Shown: positions 32,745 through 41,425 of the stretch, piece after piece | Numbering within the stretch: position 1 is the stretch's first letter | Layout: every line of letters begins with the position of its first letter | Source: a virus | Lineage: Duplodnaviria > Caudoviricetes | IMG/VR virus record: IMGVR_UViG_3300044529_000018 | Coordinates: 1-52,709 of that record | Length of the DNA stretch: 52,709 bases | Strand: one strand, 5' to 3' | The notes under the pieces: model-generated | The model's database searches: none | What the model saw: the letters and a program-made list of their open reading frames with translations, nothing else | Told to the model about the DNA's origin: nothing | Position numbers and translations under genes: made by a program

Positions 32745-33658
32745 CACATTTCCGAAATCGGTTGAGAGTCGAACCAATCATGCTGGGGATTGTTAAGAAC
32801 CGGAAAAGGCTCGCCGGCCAGCACCTTCGCCCGCAGCGCCCGCATCCCGCCATCATAATAGTTGTCGAAGTAGCTTTGCCCGCTCAAAACGATGTTCAAG
32901 GCGCGGTGCGATTTGTCGTCCGGGGATTTGCCCTTGTCCGTCTTTTTCATCGGCGCATCGACGAAGTGCAGTTCCTCAGATTCGTAGGTCATCATCTTTT
33001 TGTCGTAGAAGAACTTGTACCCGGCATTTTGCATGGTCAATCCCGTCAGGTAGTCCTCGCTGCCCAGACCGTCCGCAAACTCCGTCCAGCCGCCGATGGT
33101 CAGCAATGCTTCAACCGGCATCGCGCAAGAACAGCCGAACAGCCAGCCGCCTTCGCAGGGATGCAGGTCGGATGAGGCAAACCGCCAGCGCGAATCCATG
33201 CCTCCGGGATATTCGGTGAACGACTTCACTTCGCCGTTCTCCACCACCAAATCCTTCACCTTCCGGTAGGTGCCACAGGCGATGTAATTGCCGGCCATGG
33301 CAGCACGCACGCGATCAAGCCAGCCTGGAAGCAGGACGCTGAGATCGTCAACGTAGGCGATGTAGCCGTCAGGTGCAAGGCACAGCGCGGTGTTGCGAGA
33401 GTTGGCGGCGGCGAACCAGTTTTCATTCGTGAGACGATGCTTTCCCTGCCAGACACAAGGCTTTGGTGGAACGGTTTTCACGCCAAGAATTGACTCTCCC
33501 ATCGCGTAGGGAAACGTGTATTCATCGAAATTGATGTCCACCACTACCACAGTGATTCGATCACCGTTCTGAATCTGGCTTTTCAGGGAGTCGAAAAACC
33601 AGCCAATCTTCGAGTCTTTGCGCGACGTGCAATAAGCAATCGTGAGGTGCTGGTTCAT
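32744..33658 (-). CDS. Family 2-like glycosyltransferase
   Basis: VVVVD, SRNTAL, YIAYVDD and GSED motifs. Confidence 0.8.
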   Translation of the reverse strand: MNQHLTIAYCTSRKDSKIGWFFDSLKSQIQNGDRITVVVVDINFDEYTFPYAMGESILGVKTVPPKPCVWQGKHRLTNENWFAAANSRNTALCLAPDGYIAYVDDLSVLLPGWLDRVRAAMAGNYIACGTYRKVKDLVVENGEVKSFTEYPGGMDSRWRFASSDLHPCEGGWLFGCSCAMPVEALLTIGGWTEFADGLGSEDYLTGLTMQNAGYKFFYDKKMMTYESEELHFVDAPMKKTDKGKSPDDKSHRALNIVLSGQSYFDNYYDGGMRALRAKVLAGEPFPVLNNPQHDWFDSQPISEM

Positions 33659-33816
33659 GCCGGATACTCCTTCTGGATGGCCTCGACAAAAACCTTGCTC
33701 TTGCTCACCTTGCGCTTCTTCGCGGCGGCATTGGCCTTGGCGTCGGTAGGCTTGGGAACGTAGATGGTGCTTGCGACTCCGATGGAGCCATCACGAAGTT
33801 TTCGGGTTTGTGCCAT
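33655..33816 (-). CDS. Small RHH-like protein
   Basis: STIYVP..AAAKKRKVSKSKVFVEAI. Confidence 0.55.
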   Translation of the reverse strand: MAQTRKLRDGSIGVASTIYVPKPTDAKANAAAKKRKVSKSKVFVEAIQKEYPA

Positions 33817-33861
33817 TTGCGCGAACCTTCGCACACTGCCAAGCAAACTGTCAAGCAGTTT

Positions 33862-34056
33862 TTAGTAAGATTTTCGCAGCCGCATGGAATGCGACTTCCC
33901 GCCCTTGCTTTTTCCGCCCTTCCCTTTGGTCAGTTGGGGCTTGCCAGACAGCGGTTTGCGCGGCCACGGCACTCCCGCATTAGCCAGCGTGCTGGCTAGA
34001 AATGCCTCCTGCGGGCCGGCGTAGGTTGGTTGTCCGAATCCGTTTTGTTCACTCAT
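33862..34056 (-). CDS. Small basic protein
   Basis: Packed ORF. Confidence 0.5.
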   Translation of the reverse strand: MSEQNGFGQPTYAGPQEAFLASTLANAGVPWPRKPLSGKPQLTKGKGGKSKGGKSHSMRLRKSY

Positions 34057-34061
34057 AAATT

Positions 34062-34349
34062 CTACTGCCAGACGCCGTTGAAATACCACCAGATGCGGCT
34101 ATTGCTGGTGTCAATGGCTATTCCGATGATGCCATTGTTCGGTATCCATGTGGGCGTTCCTGCTGCGTAATCTCCAAAGCGGGCGTCAATCGGACTGTTG
34201 GGCGATGGCGCAGGCGTGGGTGTCGGTGTTGGCGTCGGAGTTGGTGACGGCGCGGGAGTCGGCATGAAGTCGGGGTCGATGTCCACCCGGATGTTATTCG
34301 GGTCAACGGGCACGATGCGCGTGCGTCCTGGTGTTCCATGAATAATCAT
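34062..34349 (-). CDS. Small protein with a Pro-Thr linker
   Basis: PTPAPSPTPTPTPTPTPAP; C-terminus paralogous to 23277..23516. Confidence 0.65.
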   Translation of the reverse strand: MIIHGTPGRTRIVPVDPNNIRVDIDPDFMPTPAPSPTPTPTPTPTPAPSPNSPIDARFGDYAAGTPTWIPNNGIIGIAIDTSNSRIWWYFNGVWQ

Positions 34350-35674
34350 TCCATCACCGTTTCCGGCTCGGGCACATCCTCGGCAAACGGGATGCCCTGC
34401 TTTTCGCCTTCCTTGATGCGCCGCAGCCCTTCCATCAGGGATTCAATCTGCGCCGTTGTATCAAAACCGTTCAACTGCTCGCAATGCTCTTTTACGGCTT
34501 CAATGGCTTCCTCGATGGAGTCCCCAAGGCCGACCACAGCACCTACCTGCTCATTGCCGATTGAATCCGGCTGGCTGACAGCTTCCGGTATCACCTGATA
34601 CGCGCCGTCGCATTGGCAGTAGTTGTAGAGCTTCACCCACCGCTTGATTTCGTCCGGCACGTCCACGGTAAGCCAGTTGGTCTTGGCCCAAGCGGAATAA
34701 AGCATCACCTGAACTCCAAACGGCTTCTCGATTTCCAGCGGGATCAGGTTTCCCTCCGCGCCGTGGTACATGAATGCGCCAAGGTTGGAAACCATCTCCA
34801 TGATGATTTCGCCGGGAGGTGACGGCTGGCGACAGGTGGCGTCGAGGAAGTAATTGTCGCCATCGTCGCCTATTTTGATTTCAGTTCCCCATGCGCTCCG
34901 AAAGAATCGCTCCGCAAGTTTTGGGGCGAACTTCTCGTTTACCACCTTGGCTTCTTGAGGGAATTCGTCATAGGGAACAGCGGTGAGGATGTGGGACATG
35001 GATTTGTCCTCGTATCCCAGAAACCCGTAATCGGAAAACTGCGGCCGGCCATCCGGCGAAGTGACCATGAATCCGTCATACGCAAGCTCCTGCGAGGTGG
35101 CGATGGATTCGCAGACGGTGAAGCGGATCAGTTCCTTGATCGGGCCGTATTTGTACTCCATGCCCTCGATTTTGCGGCGGGACGTGAGCCATTCCTGATG
35201 GTGCCAGGTTTCCCCGTCTCCGCGCATTTCGACCTTGATCCAAAGGTCGTCATGCTCGATGAGGTATCGCTTGAGCGCGGTGAGTCCAACGACGACCTTG
35301 TAAGGGGCAACGGGGAGTCCAACCTGCTTGAGGGTCTTGGCGAACAACTCCCTCTTGTACTCGAAATCCTCGGCGGAACGGGCGCCCCAGACTCGCTTGC
35401 CTCGGCTAACCAGGTCCAGTTGAAGATCGCCGTCGTAGATGTCGGGAAAAATAAACAGGTCAGAATGATGCAGCACCTCGGGATCGAAGAAATCCAGAAC
35501 CCGCTCGACGTTTTCGATTCCATCTCCGACTGCCACGCGAATGGACTCAGGCATTGATGTTTCCCACGGCGCATAGTAGAGGACTCGGCCGAACTCGCGG
35601 GAAAGCCGCTCGGCCAGAGCGATTGAGTTTCCGTAGTCATAAACGCAGCAGGTCAGTTTTGAAATATCGTCCAT
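34346..35674 (-). CDS. ATP-grasp fold ligase (PurD-like)
   Basis: DLFIFPD..RVWG..FEYKR..GLPVAPY..YFLDATCR pattern. Confidence 0.6.
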   Translation of the reverse strand: MDDISKLTCCVYDYGNSIALAERLSREFGRVLYYAPWETSMPESIRVAVGDGIENVERVLDFFDPEVLHHSDLFIFPDIYDGDLQLDLVSRGKRVWGARSAEDFEYKRELFAKTLKQVGLPVAPYKVVVGLTALKRYLIEHDDLWIKVEMRGDGETWHHQEWLTSRRKIEGMEYKYGPIKELIRFTVCESIATSQELAYDGFMVTSPDGRPQFSDYGFLGYEDKSMSHILTAVPYDEFPQEAKVVNEKFAPKLAERFFRSAWGTEIKIGDDGDNYFLDATCRQPSPPGEIIMEMVSNLGAFMYHGAEGNLIPLEIEKPFGVQVMLYSAWAKTNWLTVDVPDEIKRWVKLYNYCQCDGAYQVIPEAVSQPDSIGNEQVGAVVGLGDSIEEAIEAVKEHCEQLNGFDTTAQIESLMEGLRRIKEGEKQGIPFAEDVPEPETVME

Positions 35675-35838
35675 TTTAGGTCCAGCCCAATGCTTTTTGG
35701 TTTTCAGAAACCGTCCATGAGTCGCAATTCATTCGCTGTCCAATTTCGTCCGCCCCTTCCATGTTGGTTATTTGTCTGAAAACCACAATTTTGGACTTTT
35801 CAAAAATCCACTCTCTCTGTTTTTGATGCCATGGGAGT

Positions 35839-36057
35839 TTATCCATGTTTCAAATCTCCCTTTTCAAGAACCTTCATCTCGGGCGGGTCAACCCGATACC
35901 ATCCGTCGCCGTCAAAATCGTAAATATGGCCCTCCGGCATTTTGAGCCATCGCACATCATGGCGCGACGGCATCCGGTTGAGCTTCAGACAGAATCCGAA
36001 TCCGGTTGGCACCATGTTGGCCGGATTGAACTCGTCGGATTCGAGGAAGCGGCTCAT
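35839..36057 (-). CDS. Hypothetical protein
   Basis: ATGA overlap with the upstream gene. Confidence 0.5.
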   Translation of the reverse strand: MSRFLESDEFNPANMVPTGFGFCLKLNRMPSRHDVRWLKMPEGHIYDFDGDGWYRVDPPEMKVLEKGDLKHG

Positions 36058-36446
36058 AGGGCATCGACCTTGGCTCCGTAATCGTCCCAATCTACTTCCA
36101 GATCGTGTGCCACCAGTTCCTCAACGATTGAAGCCAGCCGGTGCTCTTTTCGGTATGGCGAACGCGGGTCATCTCCCGGCTCGTCAGCGGCCTGATGTTT
36201 TCCTTCCGTGCGTTCTTTTTCATAATCCAAATCGAAGTCGGTAGAGGCTTGCAGCGGGATTCCGCGTTTCTCCATCGCCAGAACCTCAACCAGTTCATGC
36301 AATCCAATCAGGGCGTTGTAAAGTTCATTGCCGGTGTCTGAAACGAAAATGTGAAGGTCGCCGGATTCATCCCGACAATAATCGCCAGATGTACTGTACA
36401 ACTGACGATTGTGCGGAATGGTTTCAATGGTAATGAGTTTGCTCAT
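36054..36446 (-). CDS. Hypothetical protein with HExxE motif
   Basis: LIGLHELVE..EPGD..SPY..EH. Confidence 0.7.
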   Translation of the reverse strand: MSKLITIETIPHNRQLYSTSGDYCRDESGDLHIFVSDTGNELYNALIGLHELVEVLAMEKRGIPLQASTDFDLDYEKERTEGKHQAADEPGDDPRSPYRKEHRLASIVEELVAHDLEVDWDDYGAKVDAL

Positions 36447-38686
36447 TGGCTGAACGAACGCATGTTATCGCGGTGGATGCCAGCCGCGGCGGTGGCGTCG
36501 GCAATCTGCAAATCCTGGGCGGCTTGAACCATTTTGAGCCGGTGCTTTTCCTCCGACTGACGCATGGCCGCTTGGGTCTTGGTGTCCTTCAACTGCATAT
36601 CATGCTGAAGTTTGGCCTGCTTCAGTTGAGCGTCGGTCATCGTCGCCTGTTGTTTCTGCTGCTGGCCTTGCTGCTGTTTGGACTGTTTTACGAGCTGCTG
36701 CTTCAGGTTGTCCGAAGCCTGGGCAATCGTTTTCAGATGTTGCGACAGGGCGGTATAGATGCTTTCGCGGGTCGGGTCTTTGGCGAATCGTTGGAGATGC
36801 GCGGCGATGGCTGGACCGCATAGTTGCAGGAAGCGCAAGACTTCGTGCGGATCTCCACCCTGCTGAAGGCTTTGAAGCGACTGGGTTGCGGCCTGGACAA
36901 ATACGAGCGCGTAAATGACGGGATTCTGGCTGGACGATATTTTCGTCGGCATCCCGGTTTTCATCTGAACGACTTGAACCTGGGCTTCGACTTCCTGATC
37001 CGACGCCATGTCCTGCTGTTGCTTTTGCGGGTAGTACCGCAATACGGCGGCTTGACCGGCTTCGGCGGCTATCTTGTCGCGGATGAGGTTGGCCCGACCT
37101 TCCTCGGGCAGTGCGCCGGCCACGGGGAACACCGCGTCGATGGACTGTTTTCGCATGAAACCGTTGCCCTGTCCTACAACCCGTGTGGCTTGAACCTTTT
37201 CCAGCCGGCCAATGGCTTCCTTGGGTACTCCGCGCTTGAGACAGCGTTCCTGAAACGCCTTGGCTATGGGGCAGATGGAATTGAGCTTGGTCAGCCGGCG
37301 ACAGATTTCGACGTAAAGCTGGTCGAGCTGGGTGTAAAAGCGGTTGAACTGGGTCTTGCTCAAGCCAGACTGCATCGAGGCTTCCATCATCTTCTGGTAC
37401 TTCGTCGCCGGATTGCCGGAGGTATTCGACGCCGATGCGACCTGACGATAGTTCCCTAGAACATCAGAATTCAAATCCATGACCAGACCGTACATTTCGA
37501 GGGATTCAGTCATCACGCCGGCAACCGGAGTCTGAACGGCTTCGGTGCCTCGGGGAAGCACGCCGTATTCACCAAACCTTGCCAGTTGCAGCTTTTGGGT
37601 GGCATCCGCCGTGGTCGGTTTGAACAGCATCTTGGGGCTGAACGCCTTGTCTCCAAGGTTGCAAATCAGGCGGTTTTCGTACTCCATCGACCCGTACATC
37701 TTGACGCCAAGGCCGGTGACGGAATGATGATACCCGCCGTTGCCGTGGTCGAAATACATGGGATGGATGACGTTGCAGAACTTGGAATAGCGTCCGATGT
37801 TCAGGTATAGGAATTGCACTTCGACGCCTTCCGAATCATCCCGTTGGACAATGGCGTGCGTGATGCGCCCGTCAAATTCCTTCCAGAATACATGGGCCAG
37901 CCAGCAGATGCGCGTCTCGTCGTAGTACGACAGGGAATTATTCTTCAACTCCTGCTCGTAGAACTCCCATTCGCAGAGCGCGCCGGATTGCGTCCGAAGT
38001 CCGGTGGCGTGGGCAATCACCTTGCGCGTGAACTCCACATCCCAGCCAACCAGCTTGGCGTATTCTGGATCTTTGATGAATTCGTACAGTTCGACGGGAT
38101 AATACGTCGCCTGCACCATCGCGGATTCCCAGTAATAAGTGTCGGACTTGGTGAACTCAGGCACCTTCAAATCCCCGCACAGAAACGCCTTGGGCAGGCA
38201 GCGGTAGGCGTCCTCAAACATCAGCGGCCCGACGCCGTGAAGCACTAGGGAGTCGAGGGAAATGGACATTTCGTAATCCCAGACCGGGGCTTCCTTCAGG
38301 GCGCGGTCGGCTTCCTCGGAAATGATGTTCGACCATGTTTCCTTTTGCTCGTCAGTTCCGTAGGCGGTAAGAATGGTCAGGTATCCAGGAGCTTCGGAAA
38401 ATAAGTCGTAGAAAGAACCGACACCGGATTCCATGTAGGATCGGGCGCGACCCCAGTTGACGTTGCACGCATCTGCCCGCCCGTTCTCTCGAAGTTTGCT
38501 GGACTTGTAAGGCGGCTGACCGTCCACCAATCCATTCAACCTAGCCCGCTTGTATGACCGCTTGGCGTCGTTGTCGATGAGGCGACGGGAGTAGGATTGA
38601 ACCGCCACGGCATCCTTCATCCTTGAAACGGGCGGCTTGAGGGTTTCGGTGTCCAGTGTCGCTAGGGAACCTTGGGCAAAAAGCAT
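36443..38686 (-). CDS. Portal protein
   Basis: 747 aa, downstream of the terminase, with a Q-rich coiled-coil barrel tail as in P22-like portals. Confidence 0.75.
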   Translation of the reverse strand: MLFAQGSLATLDTETLKPPVSRMKDAVAVQSYSRRLIDNDAKRSYKRARLNGLVDGQPPYKSSKLRENGRADACNVNWGRARSYMESGVGSFYDLFSEAPGYLTILTAYGTDEQKETWSNIISEEADRALKEAPVWDYEMSISLDSLVLHGVGPLMFEDAYRCLPKAFLCGDLKVPEFTKSDTYYWESAMVQATYYPVELYEFIKDPEYAKLVGWDVEFTRKVIAHATGLRTQSGALCEWEFYEQELKNNSLSYYDETRICWLAHVFWKEFDGRITHAIVQRDDSEGVEVQFLYLNIGRYSKFCNVIHPMYFDHGNGGYHHSVTGLGVKMYGSMEYENRLICNLGDKAFSPKMLFKPTTADATQKLQLARFGEYGVLPRGTEAVQTPVAGVMTESLEMYGLVMDLNSDVLGNYRQVASASNTSGNPATKYQKMMEASMQSGLSKTQFNRFYTQLDQLYVEICRRLTKLNSICPIAKAFQERCLKRGVPKEAIGRLEKVQATRVVGQGNGFMRKQSIDAVFPVAGALPEEGRANLIRDKIAAEAGQAAVLRYYPQKQQQDMASDQEVEAQVQVVQMKTGMPTKISSSQNPVIYALVFVQAATQSLQSLQQGGDPHEVLRFLQLCGPAIAAHLQRFAKDPTRESIYTALSQHLKTIAQASDNLKQQLVKQSKQQQGQQQKQQATMTDAQLKQAKLQHDMQLKDTKTQAAMRQSEEKHRLKMVQAAQDLQIADATAAAGIHRDNMRSFSQ

Positions 38687-38696
38687 AATCTTTCCT

Positions 38697-39338
38697 TCAT
38701 GGTATCACATTCTTGGTTTGTTTCCAGCATGAGACGGTCTGGCCATCAGGCATCGTGACTTTTACCCCCTTGAATTGCGCCCGCATATCGTCGGTCAATC
38801 CAACGTCAAGGGATTCCAGCGGAACCCAAATCTGGGCGGAATTCTGACAGGCGCAGATGGAGCAGGCGTGCAGGAAGGCGTCCACCGGCAACCCCTGATG
38901 GCCGATGATTTCGTGAACTAGCGTCACCATTTCATTACACCATCCCGTGCAGGGCTTGGAATATCTCTGGTTGAAAGCACAGTTCTTGCAAATCTCTCCG
39001 CGCCGCTCCGATTCCGCCTTGTCCACCAGTTTCCCGCCCTTCATCTTCAAATCAAGGATGACCCGCGTGCCGTGAAGCACGTCGCTGAGCATCAGGTTGC
39101 GCTTGCGAGGTACCGTCATGTCAACTCCGGTGCAGTCCTCGGGGTGCTCCTCGCAGACCCAGTTTTCAATCTCAGTGCGCAGGTCGAGGCCGGACACGGC
39201 GCCGATGGCGACTCGCACGCGGCCGACATTCTGAACCAGTTGATCGAACGTGCTGGCCGATACCCTTACCTTTGTCAGCCGGTCAACAATCATGTAGGTG
39301 CCCGACTGGGGGTTTTGGTTCGGGATGGCGCGCTTCAC
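38697..39338 (-). CDS. Cys-rich hypothetical protein
   Basis: RRGEICKNC..CTGWC..CSICAC. Confidence 0.7.
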   Translation of the reverse strand: MKRAIPNQNPQSGTYMIVDRLTKVRVSASTFDQLVQNVGRVRVAIGAVSGLDLRTEIENWVCEEHPEDCTGVDMTVPRKRNLMLSDVLHGTRVILDLKMKGGKLVDKAESERRGEICKNCAFNQRYSKPCTGWCNEMVTLVHEIIGHQGLPVDAFLHACSICACQNSAQIWVPLESLDVGLTDDMRAQFKGVKVTMPDGQTVSCWKQTKNVIP

Positions 39339-39535
39339 TTTTTGTCAAACGGGCGGATGATGCGGTGAAAGGCTTCTCCGGCGGATGGGGCGGCGAGGAT
39401 TTGAAGATACGCGGACTTGTTCACGTTGGGATAGGTATAGACCTTCCCGTTTTGGAATTCAACCTCCAAGCTGTTGGTGGCGGCATCGTGCGCCATGCTT
39501 TTGATGTGACTGGATTTGATTGGTGTTCGTTCCAT
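39335..39535 (-). CDS. KTSC domain protein
   Basis: SSHIKSMAHD..LEVEFQNGKVYTYPNV..APSAGEAFHRII. Confidence 0.9.
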   Translation of the reverse strand: MERTPIKSSHIKSMAHDAATNSLEVEFQNGKVYTYPNVNKSAYLQILAAPSAGEAFHRIIRPFDKK

Positions 39536-39538
39536 AAG

Positions 39539-41374
39539 TTACATGAACGTCTCCACGCTTTCTTCCATTTCCTCGGGCTGGTAAAGGTTTTCTTCGTGAT
39601 AAATTTCCTGAGACTTTTTGACCTCGGTGTTCCAATCTTCGGCTACAACGGCGGTTTGACCAACGGCGGTCAGTTGAAAGCCTTTCCGCCTTGCCACTTC
39701 CAGCAGCATCACCAGTGAGTCCGCACGGTCGGGCGACTTCCCGCCGTGGTTGGAGCGATAATCCTCCTTGCTCTGGATGACGACTCGGGGCTTGGAGTCG
39801 TCCACTTCCAGCGAGCACATTTCCTTCGCCGTCTCCGCGTCAATGCCCTTCAGCTGGCCGCATTGCAGGGCGGCGCGGGCGTACAGGAACATTTCCGTTC
39901 GTTTGTTGCGGCAGAATTCATTGGCTGGACGGGGATCTTCCAGACTGACCATATCCTTTGATGCCCCGCCGTTGAACTGGATGCGCTGGATATGATGCGA
40001 CCATTCCCGGTAAAGGATGTCGCCCAACCCGCCGTCGCCGGTATCGTCCACGCCAACTGCTTCGGGCGGGCAGGATGTCTGATGGCCGTCGATTTCGACC
40101 CGCTCACACAAGGCGCGTAACTGGCTGGCCAACTGGTAGCGGGCTGGATTCGTTTTATCGTTGGCCTTGATGGTCAGCATTATTGGCGGCAGAGCCTCGA
40201 TGCCGTAGATGCCGGGGCCAATCAGACCCATCTTGCCGCGACGAAGGCACGGATTGTCCCCGCCGCCGTAGGCTTGGTCGAGGGCAGTGATGATGGAATA
40301 CGCTCCATTCTGGAAAGTGTGCTTGTCCGAACCTCCGTGCTTGAGCAGCATGGATTCTGTGAAAACCGTCTTGACCAGACCTTCAGGAGGCCAGAATCCG
40401 CGCTTGTTCGACCACCAGAGCGATGTCTGGCCATTTCCGCTGGCCTTGTAACCCGCCTCGACCTCCTCCTTTTTGGGAAGGTGCCTGGAAACGAGCTTCC
40501 CTTCGGTGATGTTGGGGGACTTCTCAGCATCGAAGGTGATGACGTGCGGTTGGATGCCTCCGCATGGCTCAAATGGCTTCGCATCCCATTCCCCGGTATC
40601 TACTGTGACGGAATTCCATCCCTTTTCCGGTTCGCAGAACAAACCATGCTGGTCAAGGCGTGAATATGGATTCCCGAGCACCATCATGATGAACTCGTCG
40701 GGATAGGTGTACATGTTATTGCACGCCGCATAAATCGCTTCGGGAATGCTCGTCGCCTCATCAATGACGAACATTTGGCGCTGGGTGTGAACTCCCTTGA
40801 TGTCATCGGCCACCTTTTGAGTTGATCCTTCCTCGACCGCCTTGCCGATGATGGCGTGTTTGTCGTCGCCGCGCTGTGCCTGCCAGACCATCCGGCTGTC
40901 CACGAAGTTTCCGAATCTCTCGCCGGCCATGCCGGAGTAAACCTTTTGCACCTCGGACCAACCGCGACGGCGCAGGGCTTTCATGGTGGTCGAAACAAAG
41001 GTGACGGAACTGATTTCAGGAGCGGCCAGCCACCACGCGCACGCGAAGGACGCGGCGTTATAGCTTTTGGCGCTGTTAGAACAGCCTGCATATCCGACCA
41101 GAATGGATTGCTTCGGATCATCCGTCATGACCGGCCTCAGAAAACGCTCCGTCCAGTCATGCCACTCGAAATGTCCCGGCAGCAGGATGTCGGTGTATTT
41201 TTTGAACAGGCGCATCCGTGGTGGTGCTCCGCTGGTTATCGGCTTGCGCCGGGCAAAAGCCGCCATATCGTAACGCACCTGGCTGATGCCGTGGACAAGT
41301 TTGAAACCGTAGGTGTTGATGGGTGCGGAAAATTCCGGCGCAGGTCGGGATGGGGATGATTTTCGACTGGCCAT
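39539..41374 (-). CDS. terL: Terminase large subunit
   Basis: GCSNSAKS (Walker A), FVIDEA (Walker B), LGNP, ALDQAYGGGD, DDTGDG and SPDRADS nuclease motifs. Confidence 0.9.
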   Translation of the reverse strand: MASRKSSPSRPAPEFSAPINTYGFKLVHGISQVRYDMAAFARRKPITSGAPPRMRLFKKYTDILLPGHFEWHDWTERFLRPVMTDDPKQSILVGYAGCSNSAKSYNAASFACAWWLAAPEISSVTFVSTTMKALRRRGWSEVQKVYSGMAGERFGNFVDSRMVWQAQRGDDKHAIIGKAVEEGSTQKVADDIKGVHTQRQMFVIDEATSIPEAIYAACNNMYTYPDEFIMMVLGNPYSRLDQHGLFCEPEKGWNSVTVDTGEWDAKPFEPCGGIQPHVITFDAEKSPNITEGKLVSRHLPKKEEVEAGYKASGNGQTSLWWSNKRGFWPPEGLVKTVFTESMLLKHGGSDKHTFQNGAYSIITALDQAYGGGDNPCLRRGKMGLIGPGIYGIEALPPIMLTIKANDKTNPARYQLASQLRALCERVEIDGHQTSCPPEAVGVDDTGDGGLGDILYREWSHHIQRIQFNGGASKDMVSLEDPRPANEFCRNKRTEMFLYARAALQCGQLKGIDAETAKEMCSLEVDDSKPRVVIQSKEDYRSNHGGKSPDRADSLVMLLEVARRKGFQLTAVGQTAVVAEDWNTEVKKSQEIYHEENLYQPEEMEESVETFM

Positions 41375-41425
41375 TGCTTTTTACCGTTTCGCGTATAAGA
41401 TTAACTGGAATTACGTTTTTATCAA

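Noticed and set aside
34200-34265. Short-period DNA repeat
   Set aside because: Simply encodes a Pro-Thr linker with varied codons.
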